Assembly: GCA_964016885.1 (NCBI GenBank)
Contig: OZ024748.1
Span: 35,774,001 to 35,838,000, forward strand
Reading direction: 5' to 3'
Length of the DNA: 64,000 nucleotides
Source of the DNA: Eledone cirrhosa
Taxonomy: Eukaryota
Shown: piece after piece, positions 27,519 through 41,836 of the stretch
Layout: every line of letters begins with the position of its first letter
How positions within the stretch are numbered: the first letter of the stretch is position 1
Translations under genes and position numbers: made by a program
The notes under the pieces: model-generated
The model's input: the letters and a program-made list of their open reading frames with translations, nothing else
Told to the model about the DNA's origin: nothing
The model's database searches: none

Positions 27519-30500
27519 ATGACTATCCCAAAGCATAAAATATCGGTTTCAACACACGTTTTCAGATAAAGAATCTTGCTAAACAAATTCAGAAACGAAA
27601 TATCGTAAGCCTTAGCCAGGCTAATAAGATACTGAAAACCACCCTGTTCTGTTGTCTACGAAAAACAATAACATCTCGACAACTACACTTCATAAAAGAA
27701 TGTGCCTCGTCCCGAGTTTACACCAACACCCTCAACACCGATGTAAGAAGATTACAACTTACCAAAAAGCAAGTAGATAGGCTAAAACGAACACTAATTT
27801 TAAATATAAAAAAAGATTTACAGAGAATTAAGTCATCAAGAAAAACATAAGCGTAACCTAATACAAGAAATAACTAAGATTACCACGCCGAGAGAAAAAT
27901 TAATATATATAAACCTTATATGTCTCGAAGAAAAGTACATTGTTCAAGAATGTGACAAACACTTTAACAAGAAATTAAAGTGGCTCAAACAGATGAAACT
28001 AAACCAAGAAAATTCAGAGAATATAGATAAATATCCAGACAAGATTGATGGTATAAACATGGCCGACATCTCATTAACAGATGAATTCAACAACAACACG
28101 GTATACGGCAAAATATACGGCAAAATATACGGCAAAACTACAGTCGACTCTGATGAATTATCGATATTACAGCTACCACCTAAATATGCCACATATAATA
28201 AGGTAAATATGATAAAATGCTTGTCAGAAATAGAAAAATCATTTACAAAATTACGTTGGAGCTTCAAAAACAAAAACAAAAGTAACAACATACGCACACA
28301 CACATACAACACACATCCCAACAACAACAGACACAAACAACGATAACAACAACAACAACACACACATAAACAATAACAACATACTCAGAGACAACAACAA
28401 CAGATACACAGACACAAACAACAATAACAACAACACACACAACAATAATAACATACACGGAGACAACAACAACAACAACACACATCAAAAACAGCACACA
28501 TAAACAACAACAACAACAACACACACACACACATTCTATGCCTCTCACCACCACCACCACAATCTTAAACACACAGACACAGAAAACAGGTAATGACAGT
28601 AACACAGAAGTAAGGGAAGGTAATGGGATTGAAAGAAGGGAGACTATCGATACTGACAGAGAAAATAACCAGGACGAACGCACAGACACACAAAATAGAG
28701 TAGATAATAGCAATGAGCCAGAGGAAAGAGACAGGAGTAATAATGAGAGACATAGAAACAACCATGAGGCTGTTAGTGGAAAAAGAAATAGAAACAACAC
28801 AACTAACAATAACAATAGCAATAGTACACATAAAGCAGCAGCCTGGAATTCTACTTTTTATAATCCTTCCGATATGTCCTTCGACCTACGACGAGTCCAC
28901 GCCACGACTTTAGCTTTTAACAAACGCACGCAATTGTCGTCGCAGGTCGATGAACAAACAGAAGGACAATTTAGTATAGCTAGATCTAAACTTAGAAATA
29001 TTATAGAACAGTTTAGCAAGAAGCAAAATAGAATGGAGGCCTAGCAACTGGGAGAAAAATCTGCAAATGGCTTGCGTAAGCTCATGCAGCGCTCACGTAA
29101 TGGAGAGATTGCATGCTTTCCAACAGACAAGGCTGGCAGAATGTCGGTTGACAGTCTGTCAAACTACATCCAGGCAATGCAAACCCACATCACTAACACA
29201 AGAGAAGTAACACCACAAGAGCACGAGGATAGGGAGAAAACCCTCATTGCCCATATGATGATGTGGACAAACATAATGCAGCCCAATAAAAGCACTGCCA
29301 ACAACTTCCAGGCCTGGAACAATGACGTGCCAGCGTTGTATGGGCTTCGAAAAGACCATAAAACGAGCAGTGACCCTGTCACAGGGCCACCAACACGGCC
29401 AGTCTGTGGAGCTAACATTGCTAGTAACTACATACTTTCCTACTTCCTCTCCCTGATCATACGCCCCATCATTGAAATGTCCCCAGATATATGTGACAGC
29501 ACGGAGGACCTCCTCAGCAGAATCAGTGAAAATAACCTGTCTAGGGACCTAACAAACTGTATAATAGGTAGTATGGATGTTGTGTCCCTATATCCATCCA
29601 TTGACGTGGTTTTTGCTGTGGAGAAGTGCGTAGAAATGATCAGTGAGAGCAATGTTGAATTCCGTGGGATTGATACCAGTGAGCTGGGACTCCTACTTAA
29701 ACTTACCTATAGTAATAATTATCTAGATGCATATGACCTTAGCAACCTGTGTCCTACAAGACCAGCAAGAGGCAGACCACCTACCATTACCTCTATGGCC
29801 AAGAAAACCCAAACAGAAAGATGGAACGGGTGGACCAGAGCCATACGGAGCCCCTAAAACCACGATGAACTAAAGAAAATGATTGCACATGCGGTGGGGG
29901 CCAGTATAAAATTAACCCTTAAGGAGCATATGTTCAAATTTAATGGAAAAACATATGCCCAAGAGGGGGGAGCAGCCATTGGTGTTAGCATTTCAGGTGA
30001 CATAGCTAACCTATTCATGATATGGTGGGACAATAAACTTAAACTTAAACTTAAAGAACAATTAGAAGACAGCAACCTCTTAACCCTGATAATGTACTCC
30101 CGCTACGTTGATGATATAAACATCGTAGTAAAATACACCCCCACTAGAGAACAGTCAGGAATTAGAGAAAAACACCATGGAAAGCATCCAGCAAATAGCT
30201 AACTCCATCCACCAGAGTATTAGAGTTACTATAGACTATCTAAGCAAACACCCCAACCATCGATTACCTGTACTAGACACAGAGCTCTGGTTAGAAACCA
30301 TTAATAACAACAAAAAATCCTCCATTCCCATTATGCCAAACCCATGACTTCCAAATATCTGATCCACTGAAACTCAGCTGTTTCGGACCATACCAAAATC
30401 AACATACTGATTGCGGATTTGGTACGGGTGATGAGAAACGTGTCCCGCATGCGCAACCACAAAGAACTAGTGAGACACATACAACACTTCATCCACCGTA

Positions 30501-31234
30501 TGTAGTTCTCCGGTTACAATCAGAGAGATGAAATCAGAGTATATAGAGGAGCCAGAACCAAATGGGAAAAAATGGTAAATAATGATACAAATGGGACCCG
30601 CCCCTTGTATAGGAGCAAAACTTGGAATAGAATAGAAAGAACTAGGAATAAGGTTAATAGAATAAACTCATGGTATGATAGCAATAAATACCAGAGTGTA
30701 ATGTTCATCAATACAAACCCTAGAGGTGAATTAGCTTACAAATTTAGAAGGACCCTAGATAAACATAAACTTAATATTAAGACAGTAGAAAGACCAGGTA
30801 CCTCCATAAAAATACTTATTAGCAATACATACTCTTTTCAAAGACCTCCCTCTATAGATAAGAAATGCATAATCTGTAAACTAAGCCCCCATATTAACTG
30901 AAAAACTAGAAATGTAGTATATAGCATAAGATGTACTGAAGGACAATGTAAAGATAAGAATATAGTGTACATAGGTGAAACAGCTCGTAGTATAGGAGAA
31001 CGGTTAAATGAACATTGGCGAGAACTTCAAGATAAAAAAGAATCATCAATACTCCACCAACATGCTAAAATAGAACATAAGGGCAAATTAGAGAACATAG
31101 AAATAAAAATAGAATCTACACACAGAAAAGACGCAATGTTTATACAAATCACAGAGGCAATAAACATAAATGAACTCCAACCAAAATTAAATAGAAAACA
31201 TGAATGCAATAGCAACATCACAACTTACAATTAA
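27519..31234 (+). pseudogene. PLE polyprotein: reverse transcriptase + GIY-YIG endonuclease (disrupted)
   Basis: PTDKAG, LYGLRKDHK, RPVCG, GSMDVVSLYPSID, QEGGAAIGVSIS, RYVDD, NVVY..YIGETARSIGERLNEH; several stops and frameshifts. Confidence 0.92.
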
Positions 31235-31430
31235 GGACAAAATGAAAACACACACACATAGAACAAACAACCAACCAGTAACATGTAAATAACCAAATAA
31301 ATAAACAAATAAAAACACACACAGACACCCGGATGTAACACATGCGCAAACTAAACACACAACATACACAAAAACAAGATGGCGTAGGACAGAACAAAGG
31401 AGAGGCACAAAACAAAGAAAAGAATCCCCA

Positions 31431-31473
31431 GTCACTGAAGAGGTCACAGAATGTGTGACGAAAGAATTTTGAC
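31431..31473 (+). ncRNA. Minimal type I HHR (family A, 3' pLTR)
   Basis: GTCA-CTGAAGA-GGTCACA gaatg TGTGAC-GAAA-GAAT-TT-TGAC. Confidence 0.8.
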
Positions 31474-31693
31474 AATATATGAACAACCGCCGGTTATGGA
31501 GCCGACCAACCAACCAACCGGAAATTTATAAATTCTTAAATCTATGAATTTAATTTATAATAAATTGAAGTGAAAGCAACTGGTGCGTATGTTTCTTATT
31601 GGCAACATGACCCTCCCAAAGCATAACAATATCGGTTTCAACACACGTTTTCAGATAAAGAATCTTGCTAAACAAATTCAGAAACTAAATATA

Positions 31694-31725
<32 letters not shown>

Positions 31726-31728
31726 CAG

Positions 31729-31760
<32 letters not shown>

Positions 31761-31763
31761 CAG

Positions 31764-31802
<39 letters not shown>

Positions 31803-31977
31803 TATATGTATATATATATATATATACAGTATATGTATATATATATATATATACAGTATATGTATATATATATATATATACAGTATATGTATATATATAT
31901 ATATATACAGTATATGTATATATATGTATATATATATATATATATACAGTATATGTATATATATATGTATATGTATA

Positions 31978-32029
<52 letters not shown>

Positions 32030-32044
32030 GTATATGTGTATATA

Positions 32045-32076
<32 letters not shown>

Positions 32077-32078
32077 CA

Positions 32079-32122
<44 letters not shown>

Positions 32123-32140
32123 TATATGTATATATATATG

Positions 32141-32205
<65 letters not shown>

Positions 32206-32246
32206 TATATGTATATATATATATATATACAGTATATGTATATATG

Positions 32247-32291
<45 letters not shown>

Positions 32292-32305
32292 TATATGTAT
32301 ATATG

Positions 32306-32350
<45 letters not shown>

Positions 32351-32364
32351 TATATGTATATATG

Positions 32365-32409
<45 letters not shown>

Positions 32410-32446
32410 TATATGTATATATGTATGTATATATATATATATGTAT

Positions 32447-32604
32447 ATAACGAAGGTGTGGTAAGAAACCAGATGGACCATAACGCACCAGAGTACTCAA
32501 GACTTAGGGTAGTAGAGTGGGTAATAGGAAAATGCTTAACCCCGACGGCAGAGCCCAAGCCGTTTCGACGGCTTGAGTTCTGCCGTCGGGGTTAAACATT
32601 TTCC

Positions 32605-32607
<3 letters not shown>
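32447..32607. mobile_element. Family M fold-back element, copy 4
   Basis: Inversion centred on AAGCCGTTTCGACGGCTT. Confidence 0.8.
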
Positions 32608-32639
<32 letters not shown>

Positions 32640-32737
32640 TATATAAAGTTAAATTAAGGGTTGTCATGTCTGAGAGACATGAGCCATATCCACTGCAGAA
32701 TAAGCTCAAAGATTCCAATGAATAGATCCGAGCATTT

Positions 32738-33099
32738 TATATCAACTAGAAATAGAATGACATATATTTATATAAAATAAACATATGGAACAATAACAGG
32801 GAATAATTTGTAAAGTGTGTAATCACACATAGCTAGGTAGGTAACTAATTAAAGTTTAATATGATTAATCGCCTTTGTATATATTTCTTTAAATAAAAAA
32901 TATATTTCACCAATTAATCAGTAAATCACAGTAGTCAAATCCTGGCTGGTCACCAAAGGAAAATATCCAACCATCTGCGTTTACACAGCAAATGCAAATC
33001 TACCTAGCTATGTGTGATTACACACTTTACAAATTATTTCCTGTGATTGTTCCATACGTTTATTTTATATATATATATATATATATGTCAATCTATTTC

Positions 33100-33110
<11 letters not shown>
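32738..33110. repeat. ~100 bp-arm inverted repeat element
   Basis: AACTAGAAATAGA..TTTGTAAAGTGTGTAATCACACATAGCTAGGTAG mirrored at 32999-33105. Confidence 0.85.
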
Positions 33111-33186
<76 letters not shown>

Positions 33187-33199
33187 TATATATATATAA

Positions 33200-33243
<44 letters not shown>

Positions 33244-33480
33244 AAAGGTCAATGCATTTTCAACTTCTTATCCTATATACATATACACACATATATATAT
33301 ATGTATAAAGTTCATAAATCTATACCTAATCACGTAACCTACAATCTCTCCAATTGTGCTGGAATCTGAGCCACTTTTGTATAAAACAGTCGCCGCTTCC
33401 ACCGATTGGCTGCCTTCCTGTCAATTGTTTATGTTTTACTGTAATCGACTATTTAACCTTTAAATCTTTTATATGAATTC

Positions 33481-33557
33481 CACCTGAAGATGCTGCCACA
33501 TGTCTTGCCTCATGACCAGAGGACGTAAGCATGTTGGCGATAGGAATACGTATCGTG
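33481..33557 (+). ncRNA. Degenerate type I HHR (family F)
   Basis: CAC-CTGAAGA-long stem II (GCCACATG..CATGTTGGC)-GGAA-TACGTA-TC-GTG; GAAA changed to GGAA. Confidence 0.5.
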
Positions 33558-33628
33558 TTTTATGCAATACTAAAGGAATATTTGGAATCCTACCTTCAAT
33601 TTTCATTTATATATATATATATGTATAT

Positions 33629-34480
33629 TAGGGTGGCCCTTAGCAATAGCTAATGTTTGATGCTCCCACCCGCTAATCCTGTTCCAATTAACAAAAATAC
33701 GGGTTGTGCAGAATTCCAGCTCAATCGGACAACTGTTAGGCGACCCTCAAACGCCTTGAAGTTGGAACATAATATACGCAACGATTAATTCTGTTCAAAA
33801 GCGGTATACTGTTCCCTATCTCGACCATTTTCTTTTTTCTTCTTAGAGAAATTTATGTGGACACATCGAGGCAACCCCAGCAAATGTTTAAAAACGTTCT
33901 GAATCAAATTTACCAAGAGTTAATTTGAAAAATTGCTGAAATAACATGAAAAACTTAAGAAATATTAGGTTTTCTTAATAAAGCACAAAACTTCTATAAA
34001 AGAAACGCATTTTTATTTACAACAATAATTTCTATCGAATCAAAAACATAATGTGAACAGTGAACACTGAATATTGAACATTGTTTTTGCATAAGAGAGG
34101 ATTTAGTGGCAGTTGCGTATGTTTTATGGTTTTCGGTAACGATCTGTAAAACAAATTGTTTCTCAGTTTCATCTCTTGTGAGAATGTTATTGTAATCTTT
34201 CTGCAACATCATTCACAACAACTGTCTTCTCAAGTTTTTCAAGTTCACTTTTGTAACCAGGGTCATTCCTTCCATGTTGAAGGGTCCTTGTTGAGGAAAT
34301 CGGTGCTGATTGAAAATCTTGTGAAGAAAGTTTTTGTACCAGGAGTTACAAAAGACAAAAACTCGATGTTTGTAAAGGAAGAGAAGTCATTTTGGTGCAG
34401 AATGTACCTCTTCAGTTGATTTTTTTCTTCTTCCTCTTCTTAACCTTTGTCTGCTTCCAGCATAACTTGAGCAATATTTA
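33629..34480 (-). mobile_element. DNA transposon relic (hAT/hATm-like transposase C-terminus + terminus)
   Basis: Minus-strand peptides LSFVTPGTKTFFTRFSISTDFLNKDPSTWKE, VVNDVAER, DYNNILTRDETEKQFVLQIVTENHK; terminus TAGGGTGGCCC at 33629. Confidence 0.65.
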
Positions 34481-34810
34481 CCTTAACGTCCCCTTGCTCT
34501 CCTTGCTCTCCTTGCTTTCCTTTTATCCTTGCTCTCTTTGCTCTCCTCGCTCTCCTTTTCTCCTTTTGCTCTCATTTCATCCTTGCTCTCCTTGCTCTCC
34601 TTTTCTCCTTGCTCTCCCTGTCTTGTAACTATGTACTTGTTTATATTCAAATACAATGAGAAAAGGGGATCAAGGTGAAATATGAAAGCAAGGATAGTAT
34701 ATATATATATATATATATAATATATATATTATATACACATATGTGCGTTTATATCAGCATATCGTGCAGTATTCTTAGATCCTTTGAAGTGAAAGGTACG
34801 AATTTTCTTG

Positions 34811-34889
34811 GATACCCGCAGATGAGCACAGGAACTCTGGCTTTCACTTAATAATTCTTGCGAAACAGATTTTGATCTGTCCGGGTATC
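34811..34889 (+). ncRNA. Type I HHR with full stems and CAGATGA core (family G)
   Basis: GATACCCG-CAGATGA-GCACAGGAA..TTCTTGC-GAAA-CAGAT tttg ATCTG-TC-CGGGTATC; 8 bp stem I, GUC site. Confidence 0.8.
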
Positions 34890-35058
34890 AAAGGCTATTG
34901 CCCGTTATAGGTTTGTTATTTTTATTGATTTATTACTTTAAATCGAGTCAGGCAAGCCATATTGTTTTAAATTAGTATTTTTTCAACCTAGCTAACTTGG
35001 TCAATTGCAATTGGAACACATGTATTCTTATATCTGTGTTCATCCCTCTCATATATCC

Positions 35059-35089
<31 letters not shown>

Positions 35090-35339
35090 TCCGAATACAT
35101 ACAAAAAACACATTTGAGGGAATCACGTGGATACACACACAGACACGTCTTATGGGGATGATGATGATGATGATGATGGTATAAGGATGATATTGTTGAT
35201 GACGAAGCTCGTGCCGCCGGCGGGTGTTTCTGCATCAATCAATATATTAGATAATGTCGAAGTTGTAGAACAATGGGAATAATTGATTGATTCTAGCATT
35301 ATTAATCAATTGGTTAGGATTGTCTCAGTGTAAACATAC

Positions 35340-35451
<112 letters not shown>

Positions 35452-35500
35452 GTAGTGAAGTATATATCTAATGACTTGATTTTTTATTTCATTGTTTTAA

Positions 35501-35543
<43 letters not shown>

Positions 35544-35626
35544 TCACACGCACATATATATATATATGCCTGTCATTATACTTATTCTTCTCATTCATTA
35601 TACTCACGCACACACAAACTCTCTCT

Positions 35627-35681
<55 letters not shown>

Positions 35682-35682
35682 A

Positions 35683-35725
<43 letters not shown>

Positions 35726-36248
35726 ATATATATATATGTGTGTGTGTGTGTGTATATATATATGTGTGTGTGTGTTTACTGTAGTACTTTGAATAACCAA
35801 AACAGGTGTCGAGAAGTTAGAATGTGATTTTGTATTGTACTTATTTTAGAAGCCGCCCCGCCCCCCCCCCCACCACCACCACCAGTATCCACACCATCCA
35901 ACTGACCACCACCACCACCACCACCACCAGTATCCACATCATCCAACTGACCACCACCACCACCACCACCACCACCACTACCACCACTACCAGTGTCCAC
36001 CTAAGCCGTGTCCTAAATATTTATCCTATCATATTTAAACAATTATCAAATTGTTATTTACAATTATTTCAAACTTTATTTTATTCTTTCCATTATTTTT
36101 TCCTTAGAATTTATTTTTGTGATATTTTAAAAAGTATTAAAAAAATTCTCTCCGTTTTATTTCAATTAAATCTTCAAGATATGAAAACTATATTTGACAG
36201 ACTGAAATAGTTTAATTTCTTCTTCTTCTTAATGTTTTTCTTTTGATA

Positions 36249-36305
<57 letters not shown>

Positions 36306-36587
36306 CACACTCACACTCACACTCACACACACACACATACACACAAATGTCTTCCGTTTATTTCAGTTATATCTAGATATGAAAAATAAAATTGACAAAT
36401 ACAATTTGTATATTTCCCACCTTCGGCTAACTGGCAGCTGCAAAGATATAAACACAGGCTCTCTCTTTATACCTTATATAAATAACATTTTAACGCAGAT
36501 TGGTTTAGATACACGGGAAATATTAGGAAGATAAATAAATACCCCACAACTACCAATCTCTTTTACTCTCTCTCTCTCACTCTCTCT

Positions 36588-36653
<66 letters not shown>

Positions 36654-36721
36654 TTATGTATGTGTATGCATGCATAATATGCGTAGATATGTGGTTTCCA
36701 ATTACACATACATCCCTCTGT

Positions 36722-36756
<35 letters not shown>

Positions 36757-37148
36757 ATATATATGCATGCTCTCGTTTCTTACATAAAAATATGATAATG
36801 AAACAAACTAAATTAAACATAATTTCTCGAATAATTAAAACTGTAAAAACTAGTATGAGAAACAAAATGTATGTATGACAAGAGAGAACCAAAACAACAT
36901 GGAATCGTTTGACATATTCCAGAAAGTTATTCCTATTACAGACATTTTTTAGCAACATTCCTTGCATTGAATGACATCAGATTTAGTTCAACTATGATAT
37001 ATCATAACTAAATTACACATCGTTAAATATGCTAATATATCGTTAAATGATATTATATCTCATAGTAGGAATTATACAGGTCCTTAAATAACAAAGTTTC
37101 TTATAGTTTAGGACTATCGAAAGTGAACTCAGTATAACCAACGTATGA

Positions 37149-37360
37149 GTGGCAGTAATCGGTAGAGCGTCGCTCAACAGGCTTAGTGACATAGAATTAT
37201 GGCCCTTTACGTCCTGAGTTCAAATCAAGTCGAGGTTAGCTTTGCCTTTCATCCTTACGGGGTCGATAAAGTAAAGTATCTGTAATGCTCTGGGGTCGAT
37301 TTAGTCGAGTTCCCCTCTTCTTTAAATTGCTGGCCTTGCACCAAATGTAGAAACAATTAT
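37149..37360 (+). mobile_element. tRNA-derived SINE (diverged)
   Basis: TGGCAGTAATCGG, GAGTTCAAATC, GCCTTTCATCCTTACGGGGTCGATAAA. Confidence 0.85.
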
Positions 37361-38516
37361 ATATTAATAGTATATATCAATTAATAGCATATATCAATTA
37401 ATATTATATATCAATTAATAGTATATATCAATTAATATTATATATCAATTAATAGTATATATCAATTAATAGTATATATCAATTAATATTATATATCAAT
37501 TAATAGTATATATCAATTAATAGTATATATCAATTAATATTATATATCAATTAATAGTATATATCAATTAATAGTATATATCAATTAATAGTATATATCA
37601 ATTACTATTATATATCAATTAATAGTATATATCAATTAATAGTATATATCAATTAATATTATATATCAATTAATAGTATATATCAATTAATATTATATAT
37701 CAATTAATAGTATATATGAATTAATAGTATATATCAATTAATAGTATATATCAATTAATAGTATATATCAATTTATATTATATATCAATTAATATTATAT
37801 ATCAATTAATATTATATATCAATTAATAGTATATATCAATAGTGTATATCAATTAATAGTATATATCAATTTATATTATATTTCAATTAATAGTATATAT
37901 CAATTTATATTATATATCAATTAATAGTATATATCAATTAATAGTATATATTAATTAATAGTATATTTCAATTAATAGTATATATCAATTTATAGTATAT
38001 ATCAATTTATATTATATTTCAATTAATAGTATATATCAATTTATACTATATTTCAATTAATAGTATATATCAATTAATAGTATATATCAATTAATAGTAT
38101 ATATCAATTTATATTATATATCAATTAATAGTATATATCAATTAATATTATATATCAATTAATAGTATATATTAATTAATAGTATATATCAATTAATAGT
38201 ATATATCAATTAATAGTATATATCAATTTATATTATATTTCAATTAATAGTATATATCAATTAATAGTGTATATCAATTAATAGTATATATTAATTAATA
38301 GTATATATCAATTAATAGTATATATCAATTAATAGTATATATCAATTTATAGTATATATCAATTTATATTATATTTCAATTAATAGTATATATCAATTTA
38401 TATTATATTTCAATTAATAGTATATATCAATTAATAGTATATATTAATTAATAGTATATTTCAATTAATAGTATATATCAATTTATATTATATTTCAATT
38501 AATAGTATATATTAAT
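37361..38516. repeat. 17 bp AT-rich minisatellite
   Basis: CAATTAATAGTATATAT units, ~65 copies. Confidence 0.95.
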
Positions 38517-38705
38517 TAATTGTTTCTACTTTTTGGCACAAGGCCAGCAATTATCCCAGTACATTACTGGTACTTTATTTTATCGACCCAGTAAGGATGA
38601 AAGGCAAAGTTAATCTCGGCGGGAATTGAACTCAGATCGTAAAGGGACGTAACTATGCTGGAAAGCATAATCCAACCCTCTACCGATACTGCCAATTCAC
38701 CGCCC
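38517..38705 (-). mobile_element. tRNA-derived SINE
   Basis: Same family as 3373-3560. Confidence 0.9.
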
Positions 38706-39569
38706 TATATATATTAGTTCACCTATATATTAATTAATAGTATATACTAATTAACGGTTGAAGTATCATCCGGGTGGAAGGAATAAAAAATAACTAATTG
38801 AGCGTGTCAGCCCTTAATTAGCGATTTCCTAATCAATCCAAAATCTTAGTTACACATTGATTAGCAGACAGATCGAACACGTAGAGGATCGATCTCATTG
38901 CTTCAGATGTATTTCGTAACAGTGATGTTTTAGAAATATCAATTGGAAAAATTCTTAATAAAGACAGTTTCCTTTCTTTCTTTCTTTCTCTCTCTAGTAA
39001 TCCTCACCCTTTCCTTCCTTTTCCTCTCATTTACAGTCTTTTGCAAAATTACTTTTTGTTATTCTTTATAACAAAAATCTAAATTAAATAAAATATGTTG
39101 TACATATAAGGAAATGTTGTTGCTGTTACTGCTGCCGCTGTTGTTGTTGTTGTTGTTGTTTAGTTCCAGGTTAGTCCGAACAGAGCAGTCTTATGGTTTG
39201 AGGGTTCTCGTCCGCAACGAGCGCCATTTATCTTACACATTTTAAAGTCTTGTAGATTTTTATTGCATGTATCTGTATGTATGTATGTATGTATGTATGT
39301 ATGTATGTATGTATGTATGTATGTATGTATGTATGTATGTATGTATGTATGTATGCATGCATGCATGTATGTATGTATATATCCGGGAGAGATGTATGTA
39401 TGTACATATCCGGGAGAGATGACCCCTTAGTATGTATGTATGTATGTATGCATGCATGCATGTATGCATGTATGTATGTATGTATGTATGTATGTATGTA
39501 TGTATGTATGTATGTATATATCCGGGAGAGATGTATGAATGTACATATCCGGGAGAGATGACCCCTTAG

Positions 39570-40190
39570 CCTTTGTCAAGGCAGAATTCTAGGAGAAGGA
39601 AAACTCTGATATAACACCTGCAACCCTGATGGTATCCAATGATGTTGACTTGTTCTTCTTTTTGGTAAATATCATCTTGGTTAAGAGAGTGGGACTGGCT
39701 TTGTGCAGTGCCTTTGCTTACTATAAAAGCTTCACGGCACAGGCATTGCTTTATATCTGGAGATCTCTCTGCACTTGTCGTCACATGGTACCATGGGCCC
39801 ACCACTATGTGTCAATAATTGTCACAAGTGTAGTGTTTGTACCAGAGTTTTCATGTCGCTGGCTGGACTAAAAAGTCACACTCGTTCAGCGCATCGGTAG
39901 GGGTTCTTCTATATGGATATAAAGTAGTGGCCGTACTCGAAAACAAGTTGGCAGCCACCCTATGTATATATGTATGTATGTATATATGTATGTCAGGGCA
40001 TTCTTCTAGGAGAAGGCAACTCAGGAAACTGGGATAACTCCGATATAAAACCTGCGGCTCAGTAGTAACCGATGATGTTGATCTTTTCTTCTTTTCGGGT
40101 TATAGCTACTGTCGCTCAGAGAGTGGAATTGGCTCGGTGCACAGTCTTTCCTCACTTTAAAAAATATCTTCATGCACAGGCATTGCACGA
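39570..40190 (+). mobile_element. Two diverged fragments resembling RTE-type 5' UTR
   Basis: CTAGGAGAAGG(A/C)AA..CTC..ATATAA(A/C)ACCTGC motif at ~39589 and ~40005. Confidence 0.45.
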
Positions 40191-40978
40191 TAGAATTAAT
40201 TAATAGATTATTAATAATGGTATATCGTTCAATGGCCATATTCGATAACGAGTATATATATGTAGTATGTATGTATATGCCATCATATATATATGTAGTA
40301 TGTATGTATGTATATGCATGCATACATACACACACACAAATATATATATATGTATATCATTTATAGTTGAAACAGGGCTATATATGTATATAGAAACTCG
40401 GTTATATATATAGCAACTCTTCTATTTCTCATTGCACTGACGATATCTTTCCCTATATCAATTGTTATCACATTTACACGATCACTATTTCCGTATCCGC
40501 TTTATATTAGTAGAAAACTACATTAAAATTCCATTAATGTCGTCCATATCTTTTGAGTTCATTACATTATACTTCACTAATGAAATTATCTCTCAACACT
40601 TCTATAATCGATGCCAATAGAAGCATATTTAATCCTACAATATTTTTTTCTATTGCTGACAGGAAAACCTTTATATTTCTATGAATTATGGCTGTTATTG
40701 TTTTATTTTTTCTTATTGCAATAGAAAGAAGAAAAAATGGCATAATTTCACCTTAAGTATAGATTATATTTCCCAGTAGTTTAAGGTTGATATAATGTAT
40801 ACATTTTGTAAAATGAAAGATGAAGTTTTACGAGGTGTATGGAAGAAAAATATGAGAAATTTTTTAACGATTCCTATCCATACTTTTCGTCAATGAGAGG
40901 AAATGAGAAGTGTGATGGTTGCAAATTTATGATTAAGATTGAAGTATGTGTGAATATGTGCGTATGTGGATATATATA

Positions 40979-41017
40979 TACTGATGAAGGGTGATACCCA
41001 GAAACATTAGTGTCTGC
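40979..41017 (+). ncRNA. HHR motif at the 5' edge of a family H element
   Basis: (TA)n-CTGATGA-AGGGT gat ACCCA-GAAA-CATTAGTG-TC-TG; 5' strand of stem I replaced by microsatellite. Confidence 0.6.
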
Positions 41018-41163
41018 AGTTCTGTTTACATGCCAACACAAGAAGAAGAATGAGGTGTTCATTCCACTGACATGGCTTATAAAATGAGGCTGTTTGCATA
41101 ATTGCAAACGAATCGAATATTATTATCAATATTCGAAAAACTCAGATTACATTTATATATATA

Positions 41164-41191
41164 CTAGCAGAATGGCCCGGCGTTGCTCGGG
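41164..41191 (-). mobile_element. Helitron 3' terminus
   Basis: Minus: CCCGAGCAACGCCGGG hairpin-like segment followed by CTAG|T, like 56202. A Helitron-like 5' end lies at ~45330-45470. Confidence 0.6.
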
Positions 41192-41303
41192 ATTTACTCT
41201 AGGGTTCTTATATATTTGATATATATTTATCCTTATCGAGCCTCGTGAAATAAATACGTTTGTTTATATTTTGTTATTGTGATACAAAAATATCTGTACA
41301 CGA

Positions 41304-41343
<40 letters not shown>

Positions 41344-41351
41344 CAGATTAA

Positions 41352-41402
41352 AGTTTAAGCAAAGAATCGCTGCTTTCACCCTTAACGGGATCTTCTGAAA
41401 CT
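41352..41402 (-). ncRNA. Type I HHR with CAGAAGA core (family J)
   Basis: Minus: AGTTT-CAGAAGA-TCCC gttaa GGGT-GAA-AGCA gcgattctt TGCT-T-AAACT; stem I extended by ACAGATTGA/TTAATCTGT. Confidence 0.7.
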
Positions 41403-41453
41403 AAAAAAAATCAATCTGTGAACGCAGAAGTAAATATTTCGAAAAACATTACA

Positions 41454-41488
<35 letters not shown>

Positions 41489-41491
<3 letters not shown>

Positions 41492-41790
41492 GGTGTGCCC
41501 GGCCGACTAACTCACTCGATATGCAAATTAGGCTGCCCAGCCATTAATATGCATAAGGAAAGTAGATACTTTCAGACGTTCAATCATCTGACAGGAAGGT
41601 ATACGGTGCTGACGATAGCTAATAAGCTTGAAACTAGTACATCGTTCCTTTGTCAGTGTTGAACAAAAGGGCAACGATGGTTGCTAAACACTGTACGGCT
41701 TAATTCGGGATGTTTGTTTACAAACAAACCGAGCATTATAATAAATGTTCGGTAAATCCATACGTACATATATATATATGTGTGTGCATG

Positions 41791-41836
<46 letters not shown>

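Larger units (their letters stand above)
26641..31686 (+). mobile_element. Near full-length Penelope-like element, family A (possibly Nematis-like)
   Basis: Inverted 3' segment 26641-27290, 5' pLTR from 27291, ORF, 3' pLTR to 31686 extending into ORF-start sequence; (TA)n on both sides. Confidence 0.93.

Noticed and set aside
30899-30901. In-frame TGA at a Cys position (possible selenocysteine PLE)
   Set aside because: The inverted sister copy has TGT here, and this ORF has other disabling mutations; most likely decay.
35189-35246. Hairpin resembling SECIS or pre-miRNA
   Set aside because: Lacks the apical AA and 3' GA quartet; no recognisable miRNA.
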